The position numbers and the translations under genes are program-made. The notes beneath the pieces were generated by a model. It was not told where the DNA came from and made no database searches. It saw only the letters and a list, made by a program, of their open reading frames with translations. From the human T2T-CHM13v2.0 reference genome, Homo sapiens, in the NCBI RefSeq assembly GCF_009914755.1, contig NC_060938.1: a stretch of DNA of 64,000 nt; one strand, 5' to 3'. How positions within the stretch are numbered: position 1 is the stretch's first letter; every line of letters starts with the position of its first letter. Below are positions 59,481 to 64,000 of the stretch, in pieces.

Positions 59481-60532
59481 TGGCCTCATCCGGTGGTTTT
59501 CGCAGCACGCTACACAGGCGCAGAAGCAGCTTGCAGTGAGTTGTTAAAATTGACGTGGTGATAGGTAGAACTTGTCCAGGGCTGCTTATTTTCCAGTTGG
59601 CTTTATTTCTGATCCTGTCATTTTAGTAACTTTCCTTTAACTTTAGAGGACTCGTGAGTGGAGCTTTAGAAAACAGAATGCTTTTCATTTCAAAGGCATA
59701 TCAACTTCCAAAGTCATTTTCAGTTGTAAATTACATTGTGAAAACTTCTAGCAGCTTATTCTACCGTGTCAATTACTAATTGCAGAAAATTATATCAAAA
59801 GTAAATGAGGCACAGCAATTTCTTTTTCAATTTTAAAATCGTAGAAATCCTAGAAATTTCCATCTTGAAAAGACCTTGGAGGTGATCTACAGTAGATAAG
59901 ATGTTTTGGGCATCTTATTCTCCACTTCAGCCAAAATAACTCTGCTTTTATGTTTTCTATGTATTCCTTGATAATTCATTGAGAAAAAACAGTCATTGTT
60001 GGTGGTGGTGATGACTTTCAAGTCTGAAGATTACACTAATCTAGTCCAGCTCTTGAGTGCGCAGATCAGGAAATTGAGGCCCAGTGTGGAGCAGAATTTG
60101 TGTACGGGGAGCAGAGTAGTGGCTGAACCAAAGCAAAAGCCCAGGTTTTCTGGTGCGTCCCTCCCCCGTACAAGGCTGCTTGCACTCTGCCACAGGTCCC
60201 TGGCCTGGCACCATAGTGACAGTCCTGGTGGAAGCAGCGTTCGTGGAGCTGCAAGGTCAGCAGCCATAGGAGCTGTGAACTTTTCGTTTTTCCTCATGCT
60301 GACTGACACATGGGGATACCGTGGCGCCTGTGGTGGGGATACAAAGGACCTTTTAAATGTGAAAATATATCTTACCAGCTCTAGCTCTGGCTACCCACCA
60401 ATCAAGAAACAGTTTCCAAGCCCTGACTGGATTAGGAGCTGGGAATTCTCTTGAGTGCATGACAACATACAGAATGCTTTCACTGACGTTATTTAATTAT
60501 CGCAATAATCCTGAAGGTAGTGTTGTGGGGCG

Positions 60533-60657
60533 TTTTTGTTTTTGTATTTTTTAGAGATGAGGTCTTGCTTTATTGCCCAGGCTGGCCTCAAACTCCCGGG
60601 CTCGAGCAAGCCTCCTGCCTCAGCGGGACTACAGGTGTGGGCCACCACACCCAGCTA
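60533..60657 (-). mobile_element. Alu monomer (FLAM-like) within a MIR
   Basis: Single antisense arm. Confidence 0.75.
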
Positions 60658-61039
60658 GCATTGTTTTTATTGTTTCTGTTTCACAGGAGAGAGTAACTTG
60701 ACAAGAGACATAGCCAGTGAGTGATAGACCCAGGACTTGAACCTGTGCCTCCTGACCACAGATGCTTTGCCCTTTTGCTCTTACGCCTGAATTAGAGCTG
60801 CCTCTGTCCTCAGGGACTGGTAGGGAGTGAGGAAGACAGCACTCACAGAAATGAGGAGGCGACTGGCTGTGAGGACCCTGCAGCACAGAGAGTAATAAGC
60901 ATAGACAGGAGGGGCAGTAAGAGTTGAGAAGTTGGGGACTGTCAGGGAAGACCTCAAAGAGAAAGTGGGATCTCAGGTGAACTTTGAAGAATAGGGATGA
61001 TTTTTTAGAAGGCACTGGCAGGCATCACAGGCAACCAGT

Positions 61040-61900
61040 CACCCAGCGGCTGCTCTGGGTGCTAGGGACACAGTGGTAAACAAGACAGGCAGTCTTGTCC
61101 TCAAACTGAGGGCAGAGTCGGGAGGCAGAATATAGTCAAGAAACCATCAACAAGAGACGTGAAAACAATAGAGCAGTGTGGTAGAGAGTGACTGGGCCAC
61201 GCCTTAGGGGACATGTGGGGACATGAGGCAGCCATGCTAAAATCTGAAGGTTTTGGGGTGGAAAGGGCAGCAAGTATCCTCAGCTGGGGACGAGGCCCTG
61301 AGATAGGAATGGTTTGGTGGGTTCAAGGGTCAAGAAAAATACAGAGGCTGGAGCAACATGAAGAAGGAAGAGTGAAGGCAAATAAGGGCACAGAAGGCTT
61401 TATCAGGCCCAACGGCAAAGCCTGCGAGCTGTGCTGAATTTAGCGCGTATGTCAGAATTTAGTTAGGGGAAGCCTTTGGAGGGAGGGTTTGAAGCAAAGG
61501 GAAAGACATCTCATAGAAGCTTAAGAAAATCACTCTGGGCCCTGTGTGGATAATGGCTGGCAGTGTGGCAAGAATGGAGGCAGGATGACCTCTTGGGAGG
61601 CTACCGCAGTCATCCAGGTAAGAGGTGAGGGTGGTTTGGGCCAGCAGTGGAGCAGTCAGGGTAGGCGGCGAGAAGTCACCAGATTCAGGAAGTGCCGTGG
61701 TGCTGTAGCCTCCAGGACTATCTGGTGGATCACACATGGGCGTGGGGGAAACATGAGTCAGACATGGCTTAGGTGGGTGGTGATTCCTTTCACCACGCTG
61801 GGGCAGCTGGGGTGCTAGCTGGAAGAATCTGTAGAGGTGTGGGCCTAGCAGCACAGGTTCCCAGGAAATGTGGGTTGAACAAGGCTGACCTGAGCAGGAA
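61040..61900 (-). mobile_element. L2 fragment
   Basis: gggtgctagggacacagtggtaaacaagacag; gggaggctaccgcagtcatccagg. Confidence 0.7.
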
Positions 61901-62992
61901 GTAGCTGAGGTCGCGGTGCAGCAGCAGGAAACGTGATATGGATGTGTGATATGTCTGCCACTTTTGGGGCCAGCCAGTTAATTTCGTTTCCTTCCCTGGT
62001 CTCTCTGTTGTCTTTGGTAGGCTGTGGGTTTTTCCGAAGCACGTACTATCTTCTAACATATTATAGAACTTACTTGTTCTACTGTATACTGTCTTTACCC
62101 CTCAAGAATGTAAACTCCCAGAAGGCAGGGATTTTCGCCTATTTTGTTCAGTGGTGTATCTCCAGTGCCTAAAACATTGCCTGGCAATACACATTTATTG
62201 AACTGCTGGATTTAATTAACTACTTTGATATATGGTCCTAAAGATTCCTGTGCTACCAAAGTTGCTACTCAGTGGAGCTTCCTGGTGTGGCATGTTAGAG
62301 AAGAGACCAGAAAAACAGACATTTCACTTGCTGTCAGGTAGTGAAGGAGCTGTGGCTGCTTGGGCACAGTCATTACTGTTTATTCCACTGTGCTGCACAT
62401 CTTGAAGCTGTAAAGATATAAGAAGTCTCGCACAGCCGGGGTTCAGCTTACAATCCTTCGCACCTAATTGTACGCCTTTGTGTGAGGGTTTGGAGGAGTC
62501 TCCAGGAACACCTGGTGTTTCCTTTCTCACAGGTATTTCCAGTCCTCACGGGCAAGTCAGAGAGTCCCAGAGGCAATTGAACAAGCCCTCAGAGATCACG
62601 TAGTCCGTTCACTCTCCATGGGAACCCGCACTTCCCTAGAGACCTGTAGCCAAATCATTTGGAGAGCTTCTGAAGCTTCTCTGCCTTCCTCTGTCTCAAA
62701 GAATCCCATGTGCCTCTAGTTGAGAAACATTCCTCTGGAGATTCTAGGTTATTCTCATGAGAATGTTACGATACTCAGGTGGGCTGGGGCAGAAAATGGA
62801 TGAGAACTAGTATAGTCCAATGGCTTTGCTTTGGTAACTGAACCCACAGAGGAGGAAAATAACAACAGCTCAGCTTTTCTCAGTGTTATACACCAACCAT
62901 TACGCTAGTTACATGATATACATACTATTTAATTCTCATCCTTTGAGGTCTGGTATCACTATTGCCACTTTACAGATAAGAAAACAAGGGTT

Positions 62993-63401
<409 letters not shown>

Positions 63402-64000
63402 TCAAAATCTGCCCTCTCAGCTTTAACTTCTCAAAGCTAAACTTGTCCCAATTTGCAGAGTCAAGGGTAGAATCGAGGCCCTCCTGATCTCTATTTTGCA
63501 GTCTCCGTCATTCTGTGCTGTTAATACCACAAGAGACAAAAGAGACCTCGTCTGTCCTGTAGCACCCCGTGCCTGCGTGCGTATCTCTTGTCGATGCTCT
63601 GTCGGCTCAGGATCTCTCCTACCAGCCTAGAGCTCTTTCAGAGCAGGACGCTTGTGTTATGCATTCATGTTTGTCCCTGTGCCTAGTAAATAGCACAGAG
63701 TCCAAGTGGCTACTTGTGTCTTCAGGGGTGTTTGTAAGGGCAGAGCCGGGGTCTTCATTCCCAGGCTGTTGATTCATCCTTGGAGCTGAACATACTGTCC
63801 CAATCCTTGGCCCAAGCCAGGCCTCTACAGTTGTCCCAAGGCTGTGCTAAAACCTGTTCCACTTCACAAGTGATCAGAGTCACAGACTCTGGGGACACAA
63901 ATTTTGAGATGAAGACACAGAGCAAAATATATAAATGTTTTTGAGGTTTGAGTAGCCTTAACGTCCACGTGGCTGTCAGATGGCTCCCCAAAGAAAGGGC

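Noticed and set aside
59896-59918. Small hairpin ATAAGATG…CATCTTAT
   Set aside because: An 8-bp stem is within chance expectation and probably lies in a decayed repeat.
59996-60454. 152-aa ORF (also 22354-22824 and 8216-8629)
   Set aside because: Non-ATG starts, overlap with MIR/L2 or unstructured composition, no homology recognised.

Overview
Primate (almost certainly human) intronic DNA, dense in repeats: about 33 Alu copies or fragments, plus L1M, L2, MIR, ERV1/ERVL/MaLR LTRs and hAT/Tigger fossils. I recognise the locus as the 5' region of EVL (Ena/VASP-like) on the + strand. The evidence is two tiny phase-2 alternative first coding exons: ATG TTT GCA TTT GAA GAA TTC AG|gtatgt (MFAFEEFS..., 12708-12730) and gccATG GCC ACA AG|gtgagt (MATS..., 58549-58559). 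Both match EVL N-termini as I recall them (…SEQSICQ); no alignment was run, and the shared exon 2 lies outside the window. None of the long ORFs in the six-frame track looks like a real gene. I see no wholly new biological system. The most notable observations are: (i) a set of interchangeable phase-2 micro first exons, including a candidate extra ATGAG|gt exon at 12256, an in-frame uORF, and a TATA/EGR/ETS/IRF-type promoter that also looks like a splice acceptor; (ii) four short direct copies of nearby sequence (26-148 bp, 0.6-1.8 kb from their source), one 73-bp tandem duplication and one template-switch hairpin, which together resemble templated-insertion repair scars; (iii) a MER4 proviral 5' end with a near-intact tRNA-Arg primer-binding site. 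Repeat subfamily names and boundaries were assigned by eye and are approximate.
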